Below the pieces are notes generated by a model that saw nothing but the letters and a program-made list of their open reading frames with translations, searched no databases and was not told the DNA's origin. Made by a program: the position numbers and the translations under genes. A DNA stretch of 62,414 bases, the filler included, from Choristocarpus tenellus KU-1152 (Eukaryota; Protista; Phaeophyceae): the NCBI GenBank assembly GCA_964200185.2. It is 9 parts of 9 records of this genome, joined end to end, with 100 filler letters (N's around TTAATTAATTAA, not from the genome) between each part and the next. Parts side by side here need not be neighbours in the genome. Positions count along the whole stretch, not along the records: positions 26,464 to 33,807 come from CAXNAD020006301.1; positions 33,908 to 37,180 come from CAXNAD020021120.1; positions 37,281 to 40,812 come from CAXNAD020019410.1; 6 more parts are not named here. One strand, given 5' to 3'. This document shows, in pieces, positions 26,616-38,801 of this stretch. Every line of letters begins with the position of its first letter. Position 1 is the stretch's first letter.

Positions 26616-28818
26616 TCAAGGCGCAGTCATATCATTTGCATTGTTTGGGGGTGGGTGCAACCAACACAGCTGCTGCACAATGCATGCAAGGAATGAACGG
26701 AAAGGTGTTCTCCTTCCTAGGTTGTGGAGAGAGCTGGCCATGACAGGGAAGAGTGCGGTGGAGGACATCACCTTTCCAAAAGCCTTGCGTGTCCCATCCA
26801 GTTCCAAGCTCCTGAGGGCATTCATTGCTGGCAGGGCTCTGCATAGCGCATCAAACAAACAAACCTGAATCACACACAGCAACGAGAAAACAGTGCCTCC
26901 TTTAGCGCAGCACCAATCGTACCGGCAAAAATGTTCCAACTGAGAGTGGTTTCTGCACTGTATGATAAAAAAAATAAGAAGATAGCACTTGTTGAGGCAG
27001 CATGCCTGATGCACACTAGGGCAAGGGGAGACCTCATTGCATCTGGATCGACTATGCCCCTGCCCGTACAAAAGTCGAGCCATGAAAAGGATTGTGGAGG
27101 GGAGGGGATGAGGATACCACCAATGTTCCGTAAACGTGCCCATACACCAATCTAGTGAGCAGTGACAAGCACCCAAACTGGCAGGTATTGCTCGCAGTGT
27201 ATGTAAGAACTAGATATAATACAGAGCAGAGTACATAGGTGTTTCGTTGCCTGACAATCTAATGGTAATCTGCGGAAAACCACTCTCGTCATGACCTAGA
27301 TCTCCCTAACTTACCTCTCCTTTGATATCCTTATCCAGTGGAGGAGGAGTCCTATGTAACACAGACTGCCTGCAAAGCTTGGTAGTGGATCCACGTTTCC
27401 GGGTAGGAATGAAGTGCCCTGTCCGAGCACAGCTGACAACCAGGGATCGTAGGCTGGCCAAAGCCTCCTTTTCCCTAAAAAGTGGGGATGAAGGTAGGTT
27501 GACAGGTTTGGGTTTAGGGTTAGATCCGGGAGTGGTGCGCATGGGCTGGTGAGGTGTAAACCTCAAAGCCTTCTCCACTTTGGCAACAAAAAACATGGAA
27601 CAGGAGAGCATTCTCTAAGTTCTCAGTCAAAGATTGAGGCTCATACTTGTTCTATTCCGGGTGCAAATAGGAAGTCAGGGAGGGAGAGAGGGAGGGAGAG
27701 AAGGAGGGTAGGAAATCGACAATCTCCATCTTTACTGGTCACCATGATGGCTCTATAGGAGGACCACAATAGCTTCAACATAGGCCACAAATGACTTCTT
27801 CCTTGCATCTGCCTGAGCAAGGGAATCTTTCGGATACTACGGTTACTGCACAGTACCGACAGGTCCCACCTTCTTAAAAGGGTATGCAGTATTGCTGGTG
27901 CTCACTTGAGTAGTTGAGCGATGATGACCGTTTCTTGTTTGTCACAAACAGTGGTGAGGTCCCAGATCAGCTCACCCCTACCCAGCCCCTGGACGACGTC
28001 CTTCGCTGGTCTGATGGACACGCGTGAAGCCTGGGGGATGGTCGATGTCAACGATTGTCAAGAACTTAGCCTAATAAGTATACAGACTAATAAGTAAACA
28101 ATGGGGCGAGGGTGACTCTGGAAAGGCCTTTAGAGGGATCTTTCCTAAACTTTTGATGTCCAGAAAGTTGCACATTCTCAAGAGTGGAGGCTATGAAGGA
28201 TATGCCCAGAGCTTGTTTTATTCGTGCCCAGGGTGACAATTTACACATCCGAATGAAAATTTTAGATCAATCGCTGGTCTCCATGAGCAGAATACGTCCT
28301 AACTGGAGGAGGTTTTGTGGGAGGTGAGGTGAGTATAGACGACTGTGTGAGATGGGACAACCATCAGTTGGCCGGTGAGGGTCACTGGTTGCAGTCTCTC
28401 ATGACAACTTACAACGCACAGGGAGATATATTTGAGCTGCAAAGGGCTGGCCCCACCACTCTCTCGCAAAAGCTTGCGCATTGCCGTGTCGTTGCCAAGG
28501 TGTACAGCGAGAGTGCTTGCATCTCTGAAGATGTATTACGAACACCGGAGTATGAGAGGGAAAGGGGAGGTTCGGTGTCGAGTGAGGGTAAAAGACAAGA
28601 ACTTGCTGCTGGAAACCAACAACCGTTTGTTGGTTTCACGAAGGGACAGACCTAAGCGAGGCAACGTCAAAAGATACGTCAGCGTTCGTATTGTCGTAAT
28701 CCACGTAGGGCTAGTCTCGATGGGTTGGAGCGTGATACTCAACGTCTATGACCTCTCACCTGACATTAGATCGCCGGCTCAACCTGCTGCTACTGACACT
28801 CCTTCCATGAATAGACAT
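26616..28818 (-). CDS. Unknown multi-exon protein with LRR-like segments (exons 28818-28760, 28524-28413, 28070-27982, 27474-27315, 26864-end uncertain)
   Basis: Four GT-AG introns with matching phases (2,0,2,0). Segments ALASLRSLVVS and ALPAMNALRSLELDG resemble LxxLxL repeats. 3' end uncertain. Confidence 0.6.
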
Positions 28819-29057
28819 CGCTCCATGCTGTTTGAAAGAAACATCAACTACTACTTTGTACCTTTCATCCTTATCTACTTAGGGTTAAGGAATATTTTAT
28901 TGTTGCAAATTTCCAAATTTGATTTTGGACAATGCTATGTGGTAGATTACCGACCTTAAATACATTCACAAACCATATATGGGGAGGTAGGAACACTACC
29001 TACAATAGGAACCTGCTATACTGTTTTCAAACAGAAAATACGATCGTGCCATTCTGG

Positions 29058-32000
29058 ATGAATTGTCTTAAAGCTTGGATAGAACAGGTCGCGGAGGACG
29101 TGATCTCAAACGGAAATGGCGGCAAACAAAAGGGTTTATCGAGGGAGAGCCGATTAGTGCATTGTGTCGACGTGATGGAGGACGAATCGAGACTCATCAT
29201 CGATGACGAGGAGAACAAGATCGCTTGTTTTGTGACTGATCCTGCAAAGGAGGACGTGAGTCTGCGTGGCACTTGTCCTTGTCAATTTCGGCCATAGCAA
29301 GGCATTGCAATCTCCTTCAGACATTACGCTTGGCTAAGTACTGCACATCTTTCTCGGTTCGGTCAGGATTTCGTGCTTCGTTTCAAAACTTGAACAGATA
29401 TTCACCTAACTAACCACCTTCACAAAACCCTAATCTTCGCTCTAGTTTACACGATCAAGCGGCCGAACGATTACATCTCTACGCAAGTGCGTGGTCAAGC
29501 TTGAGGCGTGGGAGTTCTCTACCACAACTATATGCACTGCGCGCCTCAACAAAGATACGAAGAATTTGAGAGGCCTTGGGCACCCATTATGCCTTTTGGT
29601 GAGCCGGCTGTCGGGGTGCAGCATTGAAATTGCTTGGGTCGAGGAATGCCGCCTGCACTTGGCTACTTTTGTAAGCAACCACCTAGTCGGCACAGCTGAA
29701 TCATTGTATGTACATCCATTGACATCTCGGTGCCCCAGACGGTGATGTATCGACAATGAATAGGTGGAGTCTGTTTTGGTTTCTGTCCTGTTGCAACTAC
29801 AGATTGTCTCGAGAAGGAAATGTGTTTCTTGTTCCCATATAACCACGTGTGTGTATTATGAGACATAGTTTTGGACTGGTTGCCAGTGCTATTTCAGTAC
29901 ACATACTACTCCCTACCGGACTGAACACCACAATTTAGTGGGGTGCGCAGTATGGAATCCAGGGAGTTAGACTCCTTCCTACAACTACGTCCTGGGTTCG
30001 GTCTTGGTTGTAGAATGTGAGCAGGGGATATCACAGCAGTTATTACCCTCCCATCTGCTACCCTGTACACACTTACGTCTTGGGTGGTGAATATTTGTCC
30101 TTGTCTTCTCTCCCTCTTCCCTTTCCAGGTCTTCAAGTTGAGTCGCGTGGGTGCTGAGCGTACATATAAAGAAGATGCTGTGGACTTGAACTCTAGGGAA
30201 CTATGTATCACTTTGAGAGGTACCAACCACAGGCAGCAGGCAAAGATGCTAGCCGCTGGGCAGGGGCTAAGCAATCTGGCGGACATAACTGGATCCTACT
30301 GTCCAGCCAGCCCCACAGAGGTCATGTGAATGGTCACTCAACCACTTCGCTCTAGAATCATGCAGGGGCTCACTTTCTTTTGTCCTTTAGTTATTGAATG
30401 TTGGTGTAACTTCAGACGATTCTCTGTATGGTAGGAGCATGAATAGGTCTGATGTATGGCAGTTTCATTATCTCTTTGCTGTCTGTCAGTGAGTTTGGAT
30501 ACTGTTTTTGTCAATGCACCGACCCTTTTCTGTCCTCGGTTAGAGTGGCATTATTCTTGATCTTTGTTTTGAGTCCTGATCGGATGGTCAGGTAGATGTT
30601 TCCTGTGCAGACATGGCCCTTGCAGCACCAGCAGTCACCCCGTGGCGGTGTCAAATTACCACAGAATGAAATGGATCGTGCCTTCTTGCTTGCTTTGTTG
30701 GTCCTTTTACTGTTGGTCTTCACTCTTGTTATTGCTCTCTTATCCCCATTGAATCACTATAATATCCACATTAATTTTTGCTACTATTTGAGCCCCCCGC
30801 CCTCCCTTATGTGTACCACTACTGCATTTGACTGTTATCATTATGGTGTTCAAACTTCTTGTAACTCTGGAACCAACCCACCCACCCATCATTCAGGCCA
30901 GTGACTTGCATTGGGATGACTGCATCCCAATCCCACAAGGAGCTATCACATCACAATCAGGATCTAACAAGACTTCACCCCCAGAAGTTGATGCTTTGCT
31001 GGCAGGCGATTCACAGGAGAACCTGTTCCCCTCTCAGGAAAGTTTGATGCAACCCCTTCCAGACCCTCATCTTGGGTCACTACCAGGACCAGAGCCTGGA
31101 CCTGGACTGAGGCAAGAGCTGGTAGATGACCTGTACCAAACACAGGAATGCAGAGGCAACGTGTTCAGCAATCAGGAAGAACTGGAGATGCGTACAGAGA
31201 GTGAGGGGTTCAGTGAGTCTGACAGCGTGCATTTGGGTCAGTCAGTGAGCTCACTAAGGATTCAAGAGTCATCAAGTCAGACTCCTGTAATCAACCCTGT
31301 TGCTGGTGTGCAGCAACGAAGCCCTGAGTTCCAAGGGCCATTAGGATCTGAGGTTGAAGTTACTGCTGGTGGTGGAGGTGAGGGAAATGAGGGTCGGGAA
31401 GGTGAGAATATAGATGGTGTTGGGGAGGGGAAAATGGACCTGGGCAACTCTCCAGGTGTTGAAGATGTACAGCAGGTGGTAGAGGAGGAAAGTGAAAGTG
31501 AAAGTGAAATTGAAAGTGAAAGTGAAGAGGAGGATGATCCAGAGATTATTATGCAAGAAGGGTTCACAGAGCTAGATGTACATGTTGATGACTTGGAGGC
31601 TAACAATGATGAGCACCGTGAGGGTGGCGACAGAAGGGAGAGCCACCTGCATGGCCCGTGCCTAGAGAAACAAAATATGGGTGTAGAAACCAAGGCAGCT
31701 ATGGCAGCGTCACCATCGGCATTGGCAGGGGATACCTTATGTGAGAGTGAGAAGGCGACACATCAACCCAAGGCACTGCCTACATGCAAGGGCAAGCAAA
31801 AGGTGAAACCTAGAGTATCATGCGATGATGATGCAGGGTTTGAACCCGATCCATCGCCACCCACCGATACGACTCCACCGTCAGATGAGGGAGAATTGCT
31901 TGCATCGAGTCAGCTGCAACAACCGGAGCCACCCTACCTCACCCAGGATCGATCCTCGGCGGGCAGTGGAGCAAGGGACACAGAGCAAAGACAGAATCGA

Positions 32001-32756
32001 CCGTTGCAAGTACTTGAGCAACGGGGTAATGGAAGTGGCGCATGGGCTATCTGCAGAGAGCAAGGACAAGTCCGTGGTGGCGGCTTGGGTAGGTCTGGAG
32101 GGAGCTGTAGCTGTGAAGGACAAGCTGACTTGTCAGAGGAGGAAGTCGAGGAAGAGGAAGAGTGCTTGACTGATCCTGTTAACGAGGATGGATCTGCCTT
32201 GATGCTGTTGGGCAGGAGTGAAGGGGATGAAGGAATCAGGGGGCGCTTTCGGAGGGACTTGTACCCAAGTGGCAATGTTGGTAGTGCTGTGTGTGGGGTT
32301 GATAAGAGGCTGGACACGAGGCATGAAGACTCTCGCTATCGCTTTGACAGGGGGCTGAAGGAGAACCGTGAAGATAGCGAGTTGGGGAGTGTTGGCAATG
32401 CTGCTGCGCTATGCCTTCCATTACAATGGTTACCTGATAGGGCTGGGACTTGGACGAGGGCCGACCCTGGGGCTAAGGGGCGGACTGTGTTAAATGCTGG
32501 AGCTGGGAATAATAGCCGAGGGCAGAAGCGAAAGACCTCTGATATGTTGGTGAGGGTGGACCCGTTGTGGGATGGTCAGGGCGTACCCCCCATTGTTGCT
32601 CGGGGCTACGAGGCCGATAAGATGGTGGCTGAATGGCTTGATGAGCCTGTGGTGGAGCGATGGCGCCAGTTGCAGACTTCACCCCCAAATCTTGAGCTGA
32701 CTGGTGTATGGAAGTGGTTGAGGGGTGATGCCACTGAGCGCCAAGGTAGCAACTAA
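29058..32756 (+). CDS. Putative TPP1/Tpz1/Est3-like OB-fold protein with a long acidic disordered C-terminus (~800 aa; exons 29058-29255, 29446-29598, 30129-30320, 30897-32756)
   Basis: All introns are phase-0 GT-AG. N-terminus MNCLKAWIEQ...RLVHCVDV...LIIDDEENKIACFVTDPAKEDFTRSSGRTITSLRKCVVKLEAWEF resembles the TPP1 OB pattern (LxPWI; L-x-D-xxxx-I-x-A/C-x-F/V-T/S; then F...I). The gene model is solid; the family call is by eye. Confidence 0.65.
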
Positions 32757-33168
32757 ACTCTGTTCTGTATGGTTGGAGGAGCCCACCTGAAACGTAAAGC
32801 GGTGGGTGGATCTAAGTAGTGGAGTAGAATACAAGGTAAGGGAAGAGACGGTTTCCGGAAGAGGAAGGCTTCTTTGTTGGTGATGGTGGTTCTCTTTGCT
32901 ATTTTCATACTGTTTATAGTGCTTACTGTTGTTCAATTCTTGAAATGAATTGCTTGAGAATACAATCTTTTTTATCGTGTATATTTTTACTTTGTGAAGT
33001 GCATGTATACTATGAATATGAAGTAGATGCTGTTCTGCGTGTAGTATAGTAATTAGTAGATTGCTCCACAACCAAACCAGCTTCCAACAAGCCCGAAGTG
33101 ACTAAAGAAGTTTGAGGGTCCTGGGTTTGCATGCTACACATCTTGAGCAGATATATATATATATATAT

Positions 33169-33521
33169 ATCAAAATCCTGTTTATTACCAACGTATTCAC
33201 GTATTACATAAGCTATCTTGCCTGTATCTATGTATTTCTTCTTTAAATCAGGTAAAACCTTTCGATGGTAGTCTGCGCAGTGAGTACATGTAGGAGAAGA
33301 ATATTCAATAAACAGTATTTTTGCGTCTTTACTACCTATTACAATATCTGTTGTAGATACTTTATTGTTGCTCAGGGCGTTTAATGGATTATGAGATACA
33401 TTACTACCTGAATCAGTTATACTGTTTACGCTAGATGCAATAGTGCACAAAAAAGAGCCAATATTATTTGCAGTAATAATAAGTTATTATAAATTATTTG
33501 TTTTTTTGACTGAGTATTCAT
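33169..33521 (-). pseudogene. dsbA: Bacterial (Rickettsiales-like) DsbA/Thioredoxin_4-family gene fragment, frameshifted and 3'-truncated
   Basis: DIVIGSKDAKILFIEYSSPTCTHCADYHRKVLPDLKKKYIDTGKIAYVIREY (CxxC at 33288-33277). Intronless and AT-rich. ATG at 33521 gives a signal-like leader that is out of frame by 1 nt at the A6 run 33449-33454. Similarity stops at (AT)10 33151-33170. Confidence 0.85.
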
Positions 33522-34040
33522 ATTTGTACTTTTTTCAAAAAAATAATATATCTAGCTCTAAGAAATGCCGCAAAAAAATGGACGATGCCGATCAAAAATT
33601 GGCCTCTTGCTCTGAATCAATTTGAGATTCTTTGTGGTGATTTTAAACAAAATTTATTGGAGCATAAATTTTAGAACTTACACAAACTAAATGATTGACT
33701 CAGACTTCAGGGTATAAAAATTGTATTTGAGAAGTTTTAATAATCGAGTAGAGTGAGGCATTACTGACTCACCCTCTCATACCACCAGTACGTGCGATGT
33801 CGCATACNNNNNNNNNNNNNNNNNNNNNNNNNNNNNNNNNNNNNNNNNNNNTTAATTAATTAANNNNNNNNNNNNNNNNNNNNNNNNNNNNNNNNNNNNN
33901 NNNNNNNGGGTATCTAAACGCGGGATAACTATCTCAACTTAGGTTGAATAGTTCGACACAGGGATATCTCGCAACAGCTGTAACCCAACTAGAGGAGGAG
34001 TAGAGCGCGACAATCCCACCAATGTCGACAACTCTCTCAC

Positions 34041-34886
34041 CTTATGGTACATTTTGTGGATATCTCCTAGTGACACTTCTTTCTTCTTCCTCTGTCGCTT
34101 GATAGCTTCTTGGAGCTTGCGCTGAAATATATCTTATCGTATAACGTGCGCTCAACCACACTCTCTGTCGCGTCGTTGAATGCTATAAGCATAGCGGTGC
34201 AGTGGACAAACGGGACAAGGGTTAGGTGGGAAGTGATCGCGGGACACACACGGCCTGCGGCACCGAGAAACATGTTGCTGTGGACAGGAAAACCATGAGG
34301 GATAAAAAAGATGATCAACGAAAAGATCCACAATGGGCTGACTGACAATGAGCATAGCAAGGGAACTCGATAACAACTTCGTATATCAGAATAGTCATCA
34401 GGCGATCACGGAACAACGAAAACACTACATTACTTCGGTGCTTGGTTGATCAGAACTGTCAGGCGATTATGGAACAACGAAAACAGTCCATCACCCGCCG
34501 TTGGCAATTAGCCTCTCTTCCGTTTGCTCAAACCCCATGTAGATCCGCATGGTGAAAGCGTGCTCGGGATCAAACACTCTCTTCAGCACCATTACTCTAT
34601 GGTTTCCGTCTAATACACGCCCTTCAATGGCAAGCGCAGTTTCGACGTTTAGCTCATCCATATTACCTAAAATTTCTCGCTGGATGACAACACTTGGAGC
34701 AAACTGATCCAGCAAGCCTTTCTCCTTTATAGACTTATGAACGTGCACAAGGCCACGCTCACTTATAGGACGCACCATATCTGTGCATGTGATGTGTCCT
34801 AGTTTCATCTTGTATGACCCCAGATAAAGTTTAACTAGTAGCTGGGACATGCCAGTAGGGGGTAGGTCCTGCGTTTTGGATTCCAA
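34041..34886 (-). pseudogene. ParB/Sulfiredoxin-fold domain gene with an intron (exons ~34886/34850-34499 and 34182-34041), apparent frameshift near 34130
   Basis: VRPISERGLVHVHKSIKEKGLL...GRVLDGNHRVMVLK matches the ParB N-domain pattern (R...L..SI...G; DG-x-HR). A GC-AG intron would join ...RLIAN-A-FNDATESVVERTLYDKIYF. After a 1-nt shift it reads QRKLQEAIKRQRKKKEVSLGDIHKMYHK|GTGAG. Confidence 0.7.
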
Positions 34887-35579
34887 ACTTTCCCATCGGC
34901 GGGCGGGTGGGTTGTTGTTCTTGGAATGTTCAACATGGCAAAGATTGGGAGGGTGTGATGGGGATGGGTAAGTAAGAGGCCTGCTTGGTATCTATGGAAG
35001 GGAATGAATTGAAATGAGGACTGAGGGATGGGAGGTGCTGTTTTATGTCGTCTGACCTTTCGATCTTCAAAACTCAGATTGCACATTTTTTTTTGAGAAT
35101 TGCGTTACAAAAATACGAATATCAAACAGCATAGGATTTCATATTGAACTGGGACAGAGGGTGTCTGTATTTTCGTGACCTTTTCGGCCTATCACGTTTT
35201 GAACGTATGAGATCAATGAAGGATGTGGTTTATATCTGTATTTGTTGGTGTAAAGATTAGAATAGCTTTCTACTTTTGTAAAAACCCTACCGCACGTGTT
35301 CTGAGTGTTCAACTGTAAAAGTGTTTACCAGTAACCATGAATAAGATAGATCCGCTTTTTTATGTTATCTAGTGCTTATTTAAACCCTAAAGACGCCAAG
35401 AAGTGGATTTAAGGTTTATTTAAATAGTGGATACCATTTGGAATGACTTATTAGGTTTTCTGAAATTGGAAACGTGTGAGACCCCTGAAGTGCGTTCTTG
35501 GTATTTAAAAAAACCTAAGCACGGTTTTCAGTGGATTTAGTATTTTTAAAAACCCTAACGCATGTGTAAAGTGGCCTAA

Positions 35580-35620
35580 AGAGAAAAAGTGGTTGGTGGT
35601 AAACAAACCACTTTTTCTCT
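35580..35620. repeat. 15-bp perfect inverted repeat (hairpin)
   Basis: AGAGAAAAAGTGGTT - 11-nt loop - AACCACTTTTTCTCT. Confidence 0.85.
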
Positions 35621-35666
35621 AAGAGTCACTTATTATCGACTTGTACGCTTATGACAATCACTATGT

Positions 35667-35928
35667 GATTCAAAGTGTCTTAGAGGGTACGCGTTTTGCC
35701 CTGTTTCTCCATTTGAGGCTTGGCTTCCCGTGGGGTTTTTTGTGACACTTTCCTACTCCAAAATGTTTTGGAGTAGTAGGTAAAATGTAAATGTTATGAA
35801 AACGTGTGTCCACAACATGGACATTGATACTTCCTAACAAACAAGATGACCAAAATTATGTCAAAATCGCAATGTTGGATTTTGGCCCCCAAATGGACGC
35901 GACTCTACCCTCTAAGATACTTTGGCTC
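35667..35928 (-). mobile_element. MITE family A copy (reverse); a 5'-truncated forward copy follows at ~35947-36165
   Basis: Both TIRs present; flanked by TATGT on both sides. Confidence 0.85.
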
Positions 35929-36246
35929 TATGTTTGTTGTCTGTTAGGGGCAAAATCCAATGTTTCGATTTTGATTAAATTTTGGCTGTTGTGTATGTTA
36001 GGGAGTGTCAATATCCTTATTCCATGCACACCTTTTCATAACATAAATATTTCACCTACTCTAAAATATCTTGGAGTAGGAAAATGTCTTTTAAAAAAAC
36101 GTGGGAAGCCAAGCCCCAAACGGACAAACAGAGAAAAAATCGTACCCTCCACGATACTTTCACTCATGTCCGGTTCGGTACGTTTTTGTACTTCAAATAC
36201 ATAGAGGGTTGGGGTTGTTTTTTGACTAACCCTGGTTACTGTATAT

Positions 36247-37080
36247 TGGAAACATACAAGATAAATTAGGTATGTGATTGATATCTTGAAAAATACAAAT
36301 CACTACTGATATAATTATATTTTGTAGAAATAGAAATCACGGATATAATCTGATTTGCAACTTCTGAAAGATGTAACGCACAGATTTTCAGGATTGGTGG
36401 GATCTCAGGGTGCTCTCACCGATCGCCCTAGGACGAAACAAAGTTGATTTAGGAACATTGGAAATGTACCATAACAATCAATTACGCGATTGGTATCTAA
36501 GAAAATACAAATCACTGATATAATTGGATTTAAAAAAAATAGAAATCACGGAAATAATCTGATTTACAACTTCTGAAAAATGTGACGCACGGATTTTCAA
36601 GATCGGGGGGATCAAAAGGGTGGTCCCACCAATCGCCCGAGGATGAAACAAAGTTGACTTCGGAACATTGGGAATGTACAATAACAATTTAGTATGTGTT
36701 TGGTATCTTAAGAAATACAAACACTGATATAATTGGAATTTCTACAAATAGAAATCACGGATATAACCTGATTTAGAACTTCTGAAAAATGTAACGCACG
36801 GATTTTCAAGATCGGGGGGATCGAAAGGGTGGTCCCACCGATTGCCCGAGGATCAAACAAAGTTGATTTCGGAACATTGGAAATGTACAATAACAATTAA
36901 TTATGTGATTGGTATCTTAAAAAAATACAAATCACTTATACAATTGGACTTTTAAAAAAATAGAAATCACGGACATAATCTGATTTACAACTTCTGAAAA
37001 ATGTAACGCACAGATTTTCAGGATCGGTGGGATCGAAAGGGTGGTCCCACCGATCCTGAAAAGGATAAAACAAAGTTCAT
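36247..37080. repeat. ~210-bp satellite, 4 copies, each with an internal palindrome
   Basis: The marker TAGAAATCACGGA recurs at 36331, 36540, 36749 and 36961 (periods 209, 209, 212). Units contain GATCGGTGGGA...TCCCACCGATC-type inverted repeats. Confidence 0.92.
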
Positions 37081-37280
37081 ATGCTCGTCTTCGAATCTAA
37101 TAACTCCTACACCTTCTCACTGCCCAAGATCGCCTGTTGCTCGAAAAGATCATGCCAGTTGCTTCCACAGCAAGGGGGTGNNNNNNNNNNNNNNNNNNNN
37201 NNNNNNNNNNNNNNNNNNNNNNNNTTAATTAATTAANNNNNNNNNNNNNNNNNNNNNNNNNNNNNNNNNNNNNNNNNNNN

Positions 37281-38018
37281 ACATAGCGATGGGTGATTGT
37301 GTGAAGGAGCTGTTGTTTTTACGAGATGTGTTGGAGTTCTTGCAACCTGATAGGACTGGGTCGTGATATGTAGTGTATGAGGATAACGCAGTAGCCATCC
37401 ATTTGGCAAACAACCCTTTGAGTTCGGGCAGGACTAAGTATATAGATGTGTATGGCATCATTTTCTAAGCGACTTGGTAGCAAATGGACAAATAAGGAAT
37501 GTTCATGTTACCTCAGATGAGCAGCGTGCAGATGTCTTGACCAAGCCTTTAGCCGAAGTATCGTTTTGGAGGAATGCAGGGGCTTTGCTAAATTTAGACT
37601 ATGTTTAATGGTTTGTTTCTTGCTGAATTTTAATNNNNNNNNNNGTGAGTTCAATAGCTGGTTGTTTTCTTGTCATACAGGATTGACCTGAGGAGTCTCC
37701 TAGGATCCATTATTGTTTTCTTGTAAGTTCTCAAGAGTTGTTTGAGCTAGGGAGGGTGTTCCATTAGACTCTTCCAGCTCCATCGGACAGTTACGGTAAA
37801 ATATGTATGGAGTAAAGGAACGATCAATTAGTGGTTGAGTTGTCAGAACCTTTACTCGTGATTAGTTGTATGAGAAAAATTGTCATATGAAAGGAAATAT
37901 TTATGATATTTTGGGGTGCTGCATGCCCCACTTAACTTTAATCACTCTACAAACATCAAGCGATCTCGCTGGGTTTATCACCTTTATCCTCTTGGATGAT
38001 TTGGGAGATACTTCAACA
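37281..38018 (+). mobile_element. Ty1/copia LTR retrotransposon 3' end: RNase H remnant (to 37608), PPT, 3' LTR 37757-38018
   Basis: YEDNAVAIHLANNPLSSGRTKYIDV / HFLSDLVANGQIRNVHVTSDEQRADVLTKPL (frameshifted). Purine tract AGGGAGGG precedes a TGTT...AACA-bounded 262-bp LTR. Confidence 0.9.
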
Positions 38019-38801
38019 TCTCATCTGTCCAGCACCTTCTCTCAACCTCTTCTTCCTAATTATTGTCCTTCTCCCCTTTCCTTTACCTTTCTTGGAAGGC
38101 TTGTCCCTTGGTGTTAGGGTTGGATTAGCATGGATGTGGTTCTCACTTTGCCCCACAGTATCATCGTAGGTGTTCCCTCGCACCTTGGACTCGTTGCCAC
38201 CGCTGCCCACTGAAAGGGCGTTTGGGGACATTCCGGGGTCACTCCTGACAGGCGTGGACTCTGAGACCCTGCCTAGCCGCCCCCCCACGCCCTCCTGTAC
38301 AAGTTCCTCTGGACCTGACAAAGCGTTACAATCGGGCCGGTCCCCATTGCCATCAGAGTCGTGTTCCGAGGGTGTGGTTGGATGCCTTCCCCCATGTAGT
38401 GTCCCGCTTCCCACACCTACTGTAGGGTTAGGCGATGAGTTGTCCTGTTCCTTTTCATCACCTGGTGGGTTGGGTCTTCCACAAGGTATAGGCGTGGACA
38501 CGCCACTAGCTACCGGTGTCTTTGCCAGCTCAAAATTGCGGAAGGTGGAGAATTCGTCCATGAGGAGTTGGATACGATCCGGATTGAGGTTGTCCCCGAG
38601 GGCGGTGCATGTGATTACGATGCCTCCGGGTCGGGTCTGGAGAAGGGGGACTTCTCTCTCGTGGGTGGCGCTCGTTTCGGACTTGAACTTGTCAAGGTCG
38701 TGCTCGGACATAGCGTTTTTCTCTGGAGTGATCACAATGCTTGTGTCTCGTGTTTTATCTGTATTAGTGGATGAGTAGGCAAAGGACGAGGCGAAGTACA
38801 A
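38019..38801 (-). other. Low-complexity ORF (262 aa), cut at its 3' end by the copia LTR; coding status uncertain
   Basis: The ORF stays open until it runs into the LTR. It is G/S/P/D-rich with a basic KPSKKGKGKGRR stretch and no recognisable domain. Confidence 0.3.

Noticed and set aside
31277-32317. Several long antisense ORFs (also 19496-21175 and 38170-38778)
   Set aside because: Shadows of long sense ORFs with low-complexity composition.
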